Source: an uncultured Chloroflexia bacterium (GTDB lineage Bacteria > Chloroflexota > Limnocylindria > Limnocylindrales > CSP1-4). Taken from it: 64,000 bases of DNA. The translations under genes and the position numbers were made by a program. The notes under the pieces are model-generated. The model did not search any database. It was not told the origin of the DNA and was given only the letters and a program-made list of their open reading frames with translations. Within the stretch, counting starts at the first letter, position 1. Each line of letters starts with the position of its first letter. Shown here piece after piece: positions 49,893 through 59,938 of the stretch. The DNA lies in the NCBI GenBank assembly GCA_963809045.1, contig CAWEHW010000001.1, positions 473,141 to 537,140 on the forward strand, read 5' to 3'.

Positions 49893-50966
49893 ATGGCCTT
49901 GGCGCGACGACGCCGCCCCATCGGCCCCTTGGACCTTCGCGCACAGGCGATCCTTCGGGCCGTCATCGAGGAATACGTCGCCACCGCAACCCCGGTTGGC
50001 AGCCAGGCGCTCGTGGAGCGCTATGGCCTCGGCGTGTCCAGCGCCACGGTCCGCAACATCCTCGCCGAGCTCGAGGGGAACGGGCTGCTGACCCATCCGC
50101 ACACGTCTGCCGGCCGCATCCCGACGGATGCCGGCTATCGATACTTTGTCGAATCGATCGTCGATGCGGTGCCGCTCCCGGCGGTCGAGCAGCTGATGAT
50201 CCGCCACCAGTTCGGCCAGGTCGAGTTCGCCAGCGAGCACTGGTTCCGCCTTGCAGCCACGACGCTCGCGTCGGTGACTCGCGCCGCGGGTCTGGCCACG
50301 CCCGCCAAACCTCGCGATGCACACATCCGGCGGATCGACCTCGTTGCGATCAACGAGCGGATGGCCAGCCTGATCCTCGTGCTGCGCGAGGGCTCGATCA
50401 AGCAGGCCCTCGTCACGCTGGACGGGGACGATGCCATCGACCAGCCGACGCTCAACGCGGTCGCGGCCTTGCTCAACGAGCGCCTCCTGGATCTCACCAG
50501 CGCGCGTGCCGCGTCTCGCCTGGCAACGCTGCGCGCCGACGACCGGGTCGAGTCGATCGCCCGGCGAGTTGGGGAGCGGATCGTCAGGATCGTCACGGAG
50601 TACGACGCCGCAGCGATCGAGGAGGTCTTCAGCGACGGCCTCCTCAATGTCATGGAAGCCCCGGAGTTTGCCCAGAGCGACAAGCTCCGCCGGGTCTTCA
50701 GCGCCCTCGAGAACCGGGCGTATCTCGGCGAGTTGATCGGCGACGTCGCCGGTACGGGTCGGATCCGCGTCTACATCGGCCACGAGAACCGCCCGCTCGA
50801 GATGCGGGACGTCTCGCTTGTCCTCGCCCCGTACGGACGGCCGGGTCGAGCGCTCGGTGTCGTGGGCGTGCTCGGCCCGACCCGGATGTCCTATTCCCAG
50901 GCGATCGGCACGGTCCGTTTCGTGTCCGGTCTCATGAACGAATTGGTGGATCACCTGTATGCCTGA
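49893..50966 (+). CDS. hrcA: heat-inducible transcription repressor HrcA
   Basis: N-terminal winged HTH (ILRAVIEEYVATATPVGSQAL) and an HrcA C-terminal domain, just downstream of CIRCE. Confidence 0.9.
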   Translation: MALARRRRPIGPLDLRAQAILRAVIEEYVATATPVGSQALVERYGLGVSSATVRNILAELEGNGLLTHPHTSAGRIPTDAGYRYFVESIVDAVPLPAVEQLMIRHQFGQVEFASEHWFRLAATTLASVTRAAGLATPAKPRDAHIRRIDLVAINERMASLILVLREGSIKQALVTLDGDDAIDQPTLNAVAALLNERLLDLTSARAASRLATLRADDRVESIARRVGERIVRIVTEYDAAAIEEVFSDGLLNVMEAPEFAQSDKLRRVFSALENRAYLGELIGDVAGTGRIRVYIGHENRPLEMRDVSLVLAPYGRPGRALGVVGVLGPTRMSYSQAIGTVRFVSGLMNELVDHLYA

Positions 50967-51555
50967 ACGACGACGAACCCGCGCCCAGGAACGCGCGGAT
51001 GCCATTGACGTCTCTCCCACGGCCCTGGTCGCCCAGATCGAGAAGCTCGTGGGCGAGCTCGACGTCGCGCGCAAGGAGAGCGAGGAGTACCTGACCTCGT
51101 TGCAGCGCGAGCGCGCGGAGTTCCAGAACTTCCGTCGCCGGACGACCGAGGAGCGACTGCGTGAGCTGGGCCTCGCCGGCGAGGACCTGATCCGCAAGGT
51201 GCTGACCGTGGCCGACGACTTCGACCGCGCCATCGAGGCCCGACCCCAGGCGATCGCCCACGACCCCTGGTTCGATGGCATCGCCGCGATCGACCGCAAA
51301 CTCCGGCAGCTCCTCGAGAGCGAGGGCGTGACCGCCATCGACGCCGCAGCCGGCAAGCCATTCGACCCGCGCGAGCACGAAGCCATCGCCAACGTTCCCG
51401 GCACCGGTCGAGGGGAAGGCGAGATCGTGGAGGAGGTCCGGCGCGGCTATCGCCTCCGCGATCGGGTCATCCGGCCGGCTCTCGTGGCCGTGGCCGCCAA
51501 CACCGACGAATCCGCGGCGGCGGACTCCGCCTCCCCATCCCAGCACATCAACTAA
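50959..51555 (+). CDS. grpE: nucleotide exchange factor GrpE
   Basis: Coiled-coil N-terminus and GrpE signature (RLRAEFQNFRRR...DPREHEAI). Overlaps the hrcA end by 8 nt. Confidence 0.9.
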   Translation: MPERRRTRAQERADAIDVSPTALVAQIEKLVGELDVARKESEEYLTSLQRERAEFQNFRRRTTEERLRELGLAGEDLIRKVLTVADDFDRAIEARPQAIAHDPWFDGIAAIDRKLRQLLESEGVTAIDAAAGKPFDPREHEAIANVPGTGRGEGEIVEEVRRGYRLRDRVIRPALVAVAANTDESAAADSASPSQHIN

Positions 51556-51570
51556 GGAGCAGCACACGAC

Positions 51571-53505
<1,935 letters not shown>

Positions 53506-53528
53506 CCTCCGGTCATCGCCGACACGGC

Positions 53529-53570
53529 GACCCGCGGGGCCCAACCCGCGGGTCGTTCGATTCCTTCATT
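53529..53570 (+). terminator. intrinsic terminator-like hairpin after dnaK
   Basis: GACCCGCGGGG-CCCAA-CCCCGCGGGTC 10-bp GC stem followed by a T-containing tract. Confidence 0.5.
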
Positions 53571-53595
53571 CCTCTACGCGGTGCCGTTTCCGCCA

Positions 53596-53776
53596 AATGC
53601 ACTTCAGGCGAGCGTTCGTCACGGCCCTGGTGACCTACGCACTCCAGGCGCGCATTTGTCAGGAACGCGACACGGGTCGCGCCACTTCGAGTCGTGGATC
53701 CCGCCGAGTAGCGACACCTCGTGTCGAGACCCGGTGACGAGTGCTCGCCTCAAGTGCATTTGTCAGGAATGCGACG
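53596..53776. repeat. composite repeat: ~28-nt imperfect inverted repeat (53596-53623 vs 53728-53755) plus ~20-nt direct repeat GCATTTGTCAGGAAYGCGAC (53651-53672 vs 53755-53776)
   Basis: Direct sequence comparison. The inner copies lie inside the 3' end of the XRE/PD-(D/E)XK gene. The outer copies lie between that gene's stop and the dnaK terminator. Confidence 0.5.
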
Positions 53777-54438
53777 CCGTGCATCGTCCCAACGGGAGCT
53801 CGCAGCCACCGCCGGACCTCGATAGTGCGGGCCGGAAGGACGGACTGGACCGTTGCCTCATGCGATGCGAGGCGACGTCGAGCGGTTCGGTCGTCGGGCA
53901 ACACGAGGAGCCGAGTCACGGTCGAAGGGTGCCAGCCACGTTCGCTCGCCACGGCCCGACCAAGGCGGCCTTTCCGATCGAGTCCAGCGAGCATGGATTG
54001 CAGGTCCGGGACCACTGACTTGACCTCGATGACCAGCAGCGAGCCAGTCGTCGGATGAAGAGCGAGGACGTCCATCGAACCCCGTTCGCCGCGCACGTTG
54101 AAGGAAACCTCGGTCGCGGCCTCCCAGCCCAGCTTGCCAAGCAGCGTCACCACGTGATCCACGAGGCTCGCGTGCCGGGCGTCGAGCAATCGGTCCAGTC
54201 CTTCGCCATGCCACAGAAGGCGGACGTCGACTCGGGCGCCCAGGACTGCTGCGACCCGTTCCACGGTATGGACCGCAACCCGGTCCACCCGTCCGTGCTC
54301 GATCCTCCAGACGACACCTCGCGAAACATCGGCGAGGTCAGCGAGACTCGCCTGCGTCAACCGACGGCGCACCCGCAGAGCTCGCAGGGATGACCCGAAT
54401 CGTATGACATCCACCTGGGCAGCATCGCGAGCAGGCAT
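53659..54438 (-). CDS. XRE-family HTH protein fused to a PD-(D/E)XK nuclease-like domain
   Basis: N-terminal HTH (LRVRRRLTQASLADLADVSRGVVWRIEHG). The C-terminal domain has D-x13-E-x-K (SMDVLALHPTTGSLLVIEVKS), typical of the restriction-endonuclease fold. 259 aa. Confidence 0.55.
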   Translation of the reverse strand: MPARDAAQVDVIRFGSSLRALRVRRRLTQASLADLADVSRGVVWRIEHGRVDRVAVHTVERVAAVLGARVDVRLLWHGEGLDRLLDARHASLVDHVVTLLGKLGWEAATEVSFNVRGERGSMDVLALHPTTGSLLVIEVKSVVPDLQSMLAGLDRKGRLGRAVASERGWHPSTVTRLLVLPDDRTARRRLASHEATVQSVLPARTIEVRRWLRAPVGTMHGVAFLTNALEASTRHRVSTRGVATRRDPRLEVARPVSRS

Positions 54439-54482
54439 GCACGCCGGATTACCAGCCTGACCGATCGTCCAGCCGGCACGGG

Positions 54483-55868
54483 TCAGCCGAGGAAGAGATC
54501 GATTCCCGGCGCGACGGCACCGGCGATCAGCACGACGGAATAGGCGAGCAGCAGGGCGACCCCGGCCAGCAGGTGGAGCTTGATGTTGACGCCCATGACG
54601 GCCATCAGGCCGTACGGGTTGTCGTAGTTGGGTTCCAGGCCGCGCGAGACCCGCAGCGCCAGCGGGATCGTGGCGAGCATCAAGAGGGCAGGGATCGGGA
54701 GCCACCCTCCGACGACGCCGATCACGAGCGTCGCGAACGCCGCGGCGGCAGCCACCCGGTAGCCGGTGATCACGGCGCTCCTCGAGAATCGGACCGGCAG
54801 TGTGCGCTTGCCCGCTTGGGCATCGCCTCGCCGGTCCGGGATCTCGTTGACGTACAGGATCAGGGCGACCAGCAGGGCGATCGGGATCGACGCGACGAAG
54901 GGTTCCCAGGACAGCACGCCGCGGGTCTGGACCACGTAGGCGCCCGCCAGCATCAGCGGGCCGAACCCCAGGGCGACGGCGATCTCGCCAAGCCCGCGGT
55001 AGACGAACTTGAGCGGCGGCGCCGTGTAGCCAAGGCTGACGATGAACCCCACGACCCCGATCACCAGCAGTGGCGTCGAGCCCCAGCCGGCGAGCAGGAC
55101 GAGACCGATGACCCCGGCCAGCACGTAGAACACGGTCGACAGGGCGGCCATCTGGCGGAAGGTCACCAGCCCGTACTGGATGACCCGCGAGCCCCCGCTG
55201 AATTGGGTGGGCGTGACGTTGGCGTCGTCCGCGCCCTGCATGGTGTCGAAGACGTCGTTGGCCACGTTCAATCCGAGTTGCACGAACGCGGCCCCGACGA
55301 TGGTCAGGAGCGCCGCAACGAGGTCGAAGGAGCCCTGGCGGGCGGCAATCAGGATGCCGAGCACCACCGGCACGATCGTCGCGGTCAGGAACGGCAGCCG
55401 GGTTGCCCGCAGGGTGAGGAACCCGAACGACAGGCGTGGCTTGACCGGGGTCCCGCGCTCTGCCGAGAGCGCATCGAAGTACCGGCGGGCCTTGCCGACG
55501 GAACGCTCCGAGTACTCGAAGAACGGGACTTCGGCCTCGTCCCAGCCCCATGCCGAACGGGCCCGGAACGTGACCGATCCGTTGTCGCTGATCGCCGCGC
55601 CCCAGACCGTCACGTGCCGCCGCTCGTCGTAGCCGTACCCCGGCTGAGGCCGGATGTGCGATCCGGTCAGCGAGATGTCACCCACCGGTGGGATGGCGAG
55701 CCCGGCCGGTTCGCGGAAGCGCGCAACGCCGGCCGCCGGATCGATGTCGGCCTCGACTGCGACGCTGACCGGATAGCCCGACGGCTCGACCCAGGTCGCG
55801 ACCTGGTAGGGATAGGTCCTGAGCTTCTCGAGGCCCGTTCGGGCGTCCACGTCGGGTGTCGGGCGCAT
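54483..55868 (-). CDS. fusion protein: N-terminal PPOX/split-barrel-like domain plus UbiA-family (MenA-like) prenyltransferase
   Basis: Residues 1-145 are a soluble domain (YPYQVATWVEPSGYPVSVAV...). Residues 150-461 are a 9-TM UbiA fold with NVANDVFD and YVNEIPDRRGD Asp-rich motifs. Start overlaps the stop of the upstream PPOX gene (TGATG). Confidence 0.65.
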   Translation of the reverse strand: MRPTPDVDARTGLEKLRTYPYQVATWVEPSGYPVSVAVEADIDPAAGVARFREPAGLAIPPVGDISLTGSHIRPQPGYGYDERRHVTVWGAAISDNGSVTFRARSAWGWDEAEVPFFEYSERSVGKARRYFDALSAERGTPVKPRLSFGFLTLRATRLPFLTATIVPVVLGILIAARQGSFDLVAALLTIVGAAFVQLGLNVANDVFDTMQGADDANVTPTQFSGGSRVIQYGLVTFRQMAALSTVFYVLAGVIGLVLLAGWGSTPLLVIGVVGFIVSLGYTAPPLKFVYRGLGEIAVALGFGPLMLAGAYVVQTRGVLSWEPFVASIPIALLVALILYVNEIPDRRGDAQAGKRTLPVRFSRSAVITGYRVAAAAAFATLVIGVVGGWLPIPALLMLATIPLALRVSRGLEPNYDNPYGLMAVMGVNIKLHLLAGVALLLAYSVVLIAGAVAPGIDLFLG

Positions 55869-56350
55869 CACGCTGCCTCCTCGCCGAGGACCGTCGCGCT
55901 GGGCGACGTCCCCGGATCCCCGGACCCCCAGTACAGCACGCGTCGGGGCGTGATCTCGATCAGTGCCCGCTCGAAGAACAATGGCAGGGCGACCCGTGCC
56001 TTGAGGAACAGCACGATCGATGGTTCCTTGCGCTCCCAGATCGGGAGCAGTCGTTCCCAGCCGCCGTGCGGATCCTCCTCGATGATCCGGGCGTCGCCCT
56101 GGATCGTCGCCCGGTCCGTCCTGCCACCGACGGCCACCGGATCCGTGATCGACAGGGACACTCGCGGATTGGCCCGGATGTGCTCGAGCTTCCGGCTGAA
56201 GAGGGCCGACGAGGTCAGGTAGATCTTCTCGCCGTCCCAGAGCGGGATCAGCGGGTACGTGACCGGCCGGCCCTGCCGATCGATCGCGGTCAGCTCGCCG
56301 ACGAGCGCTGCTTCGAGCAGGTTGGCGACGGGATCGGGCATGGCGGCCAT
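55868..56350 (-). CDS. pyridoxamine 5'-phosphate oxidase (PPOX)-family split-barrel protein (F420/FMN-dependent class)
   Basis: LLEAALVGELTAIDRQGRPVTYPLIPLWDGEKIYLTS...RANPRVSL matches PPOX-class F420-dependent enzymes. Confidence 0.7.
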   Translation of the reverse strand: MAAMPDPVANLLEAALVGELTAIDRQGRPVTYPLIPLWDGEKIYLTSSALFSRKLEHIRANPRVSLSITDPVAVGGRTDRATIQGDARIIEEDPHGGWERLLPIWERKEPSIVLFLKARVALPLFFERALIEITPRRVLYWGSGDPGTSPSATVLGEEAA

Positions 56351-56468
56351 GGATCAACGCTCCAGGTTGCGGGCGGTCGAGACGCCTCTGCGAACCCATC
56401 CTACCATGATCTGCTACTGCCGTGTAGCACGTTTCGTTCGAAGAACCGCTGGGGTACCATGCGCCCCC

Positions 56469-57407
56469 ATGCCCGAGAGCCCGGTGTCCCCGCTCATCCA
56501 TGCCCGCGGCCTGACCAAACGGTTCGGCGACTTCACCGCGGTCGACGCCATCGATTTCGACGTCGCGGCCGGCGAGGCGTTCGGTTTCCTTGGGCCAAAC
56601 GGTGCCGGCAAGACCTCCACCATGCGGATGATCGGCTGTACCTCGCCGATCACGGAGGGGACGCTCGAGGTGATGGGCATGGACCCCGGCGTGCACGGCC
56701 CGCAGATCCGGGCACGCCTCGGCGTCGTCCCCCAACAGGACACCCTGGACACGGAGCTGACCGTCCGAGAGAACCTCGCGATCTACGGCCGGTACTTCGG
56801 CTTGAGCCGGGCAGAGGTGGGCCGTCGAGCCGACGAATTGCTCGACTTCGCGCAGCTCACCGAACGCGCCAACGACCAGGTCGAGCCGCTCTCGGGCGGG
56901 ATGAAACGACGCCTCACGATCGCCCGCTCGTTGATCAACGAGCCCACGCTCCTGCTCCTTGACGAACCGACGACGGGTCTCGACCCCCAGGCGCGTCACC
57001 TGCTCTGGGATCGGCTGTATCGCCTGAAGCAGCGCGGGGTCACGCTCGTCCTGACCACCCACTACATGGACGAGGCCGAGCAGCTCTGCGACCGCCTGGT
57101 CGTGATGGACAAAGCGAAGATCGTCGCCGAGGGCAGCCCACGCGAACTGATCGAGCAATACTCGACGCGCGAGGTGACGGAGCTGCGCTTCGCGCCCGGG
57201 ATCGCCGAGACGCTCGACGGCCAGCTCGACGGGATCGCCCAGCGGGTCGAACATCTTCCGGATCGGGTGCTGCTCTACGCCGATGACGGCGAGGCAGCCG
57301 CGGTTGCCGTCCATCAGCGCGGCCTCAAGCCGGAGACCGTGCTGGTTCGCCGGTCATCGCTCGAGGACGTATTCCTGCGGCTGACCGGCCGCTCCCTGAT
57401 CGACTAG
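56469..57407 (+). CDS. ABC transporter ATP-binding protein (DrrA/NodI-like, ABC-2 exporter ATPase)
   Basis: Walker A (GPNGAGKTS), signature LSGGMKRRL, Walker B (LLLLDEPTTGLD), H-loop. Confidence 0.85.
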   Translation: MPESPVSPLIHARGLTKRFGDFTAVDAIDFDVAAGEAFGFLGPNGAGKTSTMRMIGCTSPITEGTLEVMGMDPGVHGPQIRARLGVVPQQDTLDTELTVRENLAIYGRYFGLSRAEVGRRADELLDFAQLTERANDQVEPLSGGMKRRLTIARSLINEPTLLLLDEPTTGLDPQARHLLWDRLYRLKQRGVTLVLTTHYMDEAEQLCDRLVVMDKAKIVAEGSPRELIEQYSTREVTELRFAPGIAETLDGQLDGIAQRVEHLPDRVLLYADDGEAAAVAVHQRGLKPETVLVRRSSLEDVFLRLTGRSLID

Positions 57408-57416
57408 GCGCGGTCG

Positions 57417-58214
57417 ATGACGGCCCTGGCCAGTCCACGCGCGACCTACGGGCGGGTCTTCGAGCATCGCTGGCTCCAGTATCGACGGACGTTCCGCGCG
57501 AGCATCTTCTCGTCGTTCCTGTCGCCCGTCATGTTCCTGACGGCGATGGGTCTTGGCCTCGGTTCGTACGTGTCGGACTCGGCGCTCGACGATATCGGCG
57601 GGGTGCCGTACCTGGTCTTCCTCGCGCCGGGCTTGCTGGCGGCCACGGCCATGCAGACCGCTTCGTTCGAGGCGACGTTCCCGATCATGGGCGGACTCGT
57701 CTGGACGAAGATCTATCACGCGATGTTCGCGACGCCGATCTCGCCACGCGACATCGCGCTGGGCAACCTCCTGTGGATCGCGGCCCGCCTGCTGTTGATC
57801 TCGTCGGTGTTCACCGTCGTGATCGTGTTGTTCGGCGCGGCCGAGTCTCCCCTCGTGGTGCTGGCGATCCCCGCGGCGGTCCTGACCGGCCTGGCGTTCG
57901 CCGCCCCGATCGCCGCGTTCTCCGCGACGCAGAAGACGCCGGAGCGCTTCGCCGCGATCTTCCGGTTCGGGATCACGCCGCTGTTCCTCTTCTCCGGAAC
58001 GTTCTTTCCGGTGGAGTCCCTGCCCGCGGCCATCCAGCCGGTTGCGTGGATCACGCCGCTCTACCACGGATCCGCGCTGACCCGCAGCCTGTCGCTCGGC
58101 AACGCGCTGGAGGACCCGGTGCTCGTCCTGATCCACGTGGTGGTGCTCGGCGCCTGTGTCGCCGCCGGGACGTGGGCGATGATCCGAACCATCGAGCGCC
58201 GGCTGACTCGCTGA
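57417..58214 (+). CDS. ABC-2 family transporter permease
   Basis: 6-TM ABC-2 permease topology, directly downstream of the ATPase. Confidence 0.7.
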   Translation: MTALASPRATYGRVFEHRWLQYRRTFRASIFSSFLSPVMFLTAMGLGLGSYVSDSALDDIGGVPYLVFLAPGLLAATAMQTASFEATFPIMGGLVWTKIYHAMFATPISPRDIALGNLLWIAARLLLISSVFTVVIVLFGAAESPLVVLAIPAAVLTGLAFAAPIAAFSATQKTPERFAAIFRFGITPLFLFSGTFFPVESLPAAIQPVAWITPLYHGSALTRSLSLGNALEDPVLVLIHVVVLGACVAAGTWAMIRTIERRLTR

Positions 58215-59014
58215 TGATTGCCCTGCGCCTTACGCCACTCTACGCGTTCGGCAGCCGTCGTTCGGCTCGCCTGATCGAGCGCAACCTGTATGTCTACAAG
58301 CATGGCTGGCTCGTCATCCTGTCGGGCTTCTTCGAGCCCTTGTTCTACCTGCTGGGCATCGGGTTCGGCCTGGGCGCCCTCGTCGGCGCCGTCCCCGGGC
58401 CGGGTGGCGTGGAGATCAGCTACCAGCTGTTCCTCGCCCCGGCATTGCTCGCGAGCTCGGCCATGAACGGCGCGGTGATGGAGAGCACGTTCAACTTCTT
58501 CTTCAAGCTCAACTACAACAAGACGTTCGCCTCGATCCTCGCGACGCCGCTCTCACCGGGCGACATCGCGCTGGGCGAGCTCGGCTGGGCCCTCATCCGC
58601 GGTGGCATGTACGCCCTCGGCTTCATGGGAGTGATGGTCGCCTTCGGCCTGGTCATCTCGCCGTGGGTGGTGCTGGCGGCACCCGCGGCCCTACTCATCG
58701 GCTTTGCGTTTGGGGCGATTGGCATGGCGGCCACGTCGTTCATGAAGACGTGGCAGGACTTCGACCTGATCCAGCTGGTGATCCTGCCGATGTTCCTGTT
58801 CTCGGGCACCTTCTATCCGCTCGATGCGTACCCCGAGGCGCTCCGGATCTTCGTCCAGCTCACGCCGCTCTACCAGGGCGTGGACCTGATCCGCTCGCTG
58901 ACCGTCGGGGCGATCTCGCCGATCCTCTTGTTCCACGTCGCGTATCTCGTCGTGATGGGCGTCGTCGGCCTGGTGATCACGTCCCGCCGGCTCGACAAGC
59001 TGCTGCTCAAGTAG
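58214..59014 (+). CDS. ABC-2 family transporter permease (second subunit)
   Basis: Paralogous 6-TM permease. ATG overlaps the previous stop (TGATG). Confidence 0.7.
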   Translation: MIALRLTPLYAFGSRRSARLIERNLYVYKHGWLVILSGFFEPLFYLLGIGFGLGALVGAVPGPGGVEISYQLFLAPALLASSAMNGAVMESTFNFFFKLNYNKTFASILATPLSPGDIALGELGWALIRGGMYALGFMGVMVAFGLVISPWVVLAAPAALLIGFAFGAIGMAATSFMKTWQDFDLIQLVILPMFLFSGTFYPLDAYPEALRIFVQLTPLYQGVDLIRSLTVGAISPILLFHVAYLVVMGVVGLVITSRRLDKLLLK

Positions 59015-59032
59015 CCCGCAGCCGATCGTGGA

Positions 59033-59776
59033 TTGAAGGATCGCGAGGCCCTGCCCGACCGTCGAGCAGGTGCGGCCGTCCGTGAAGCGGCTCTTGCCGC
59101 GCTCACCGCCGAGATCGTGGCCTGCCGGCGATGTCCCCGGCTCGTGGCCTGGCGGGAACTGGTCGCCCGCGAGAAGGTGGCGCGCTTCCGGGACGAGACC
59201 TACTGGGGTCGTCCCGTGCCCGGGTTTGGCGATCCCGACGCCCGCATCCTGATCGTCGGCCTTGCCCCAGCGGCCCACGGAGGCAACCGGACCGGCCGGG
59301 TGTTCACGGGCGATGCGTCGGGCGATTTCCTGTTCGCCGCGTTGCACGACGTTGGGCTCGCCAATCAGCCGACCAGCCGACGGGTCGACGATGGGCTCAC
59401 CCTGATCGACGCGTATGTCGCTGCGGCCGTTCGATGTGCGCCACCGGGCAACAAGCCACTGCCATCCGAGCGCGACAACTGCGCACCGTTCCTGGCCAGG
59501 GAGCTCGCCCTGCTCGAGCGGGTCCGCGTCGTCGTCGCGCTCGGTGCCTACGCGTGGGAGTCGGCGTTCCGGACCATTGCCGCGGTCGCCGGCGAGGACG
59601 CCCGGCCTCGTCCCCGGTTCGGACATGGCGCGACGGCCGTGGCGGGTGGCTACGCGGTCGTGGGGTCGTACCATCCGAGTCAGCAGAACACCTTTACGGG
59701 CCGGCTGACTGAGCAGATGCTGCGCGATGTCCTGGGCCATGCCGTGCAACTCTCGGCCGGCGGTCAGGGCGCGTAG
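59033..59776 (+). CDS. uracil-DNA glycosylase, family 4 (Fe-S type)
   Basis: CRRCPRL (Fe-S Cys), GLAPAAHGGNRTGRVFTGD (family-4 motif), HPSQQN. Confidence 0.8.
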   Translation: MKDREALPDRRAGAAVREAALAALTAEIVACRRCPRLVAWRELVAREKVARFRDETYWGRPVPGFGDPDARILIVGLAPAAHGGNRTGRVFTGDASGDFLFAALHDVGLANQPTSRRVDDGLTLIDAYVAAAVRCAPPGNKPLPSERDNCAPFLARELALLERVRVVVALGAYAWESAFRTIAAVAGEDARPRPRFGHGATAVAGGYAVVGSYHPSQQNTFTGRLTEQMLRDVLGHAVQLSAGGQGA

Positions 59777-59938
59777 TCCCGCGTCCTCGGCCTAGGCGAG
59801 ACCGTCGATGACTTCCTGCCAGAAGGGAATCCGAGAGTTGGGCCCCTTCCCGCCAGGCTCCCGCCGGACATGATCCGCTCGGTGCTGCGAGGTGCCCGCC
59901 AGCTCACGGGCGCCTAGGGCCGTATCCTTTTCGTCCGA

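Noticed and set aside
53581-54018. 145-aa plus-strand ORF across the composite repeat region
   Set aside because: It lies opposite the XRE/PD-(D/E)XK gene, which has coherent HTH and nuclease motifs, and it starts inside the repeat scar. Its translation is low-complexity.
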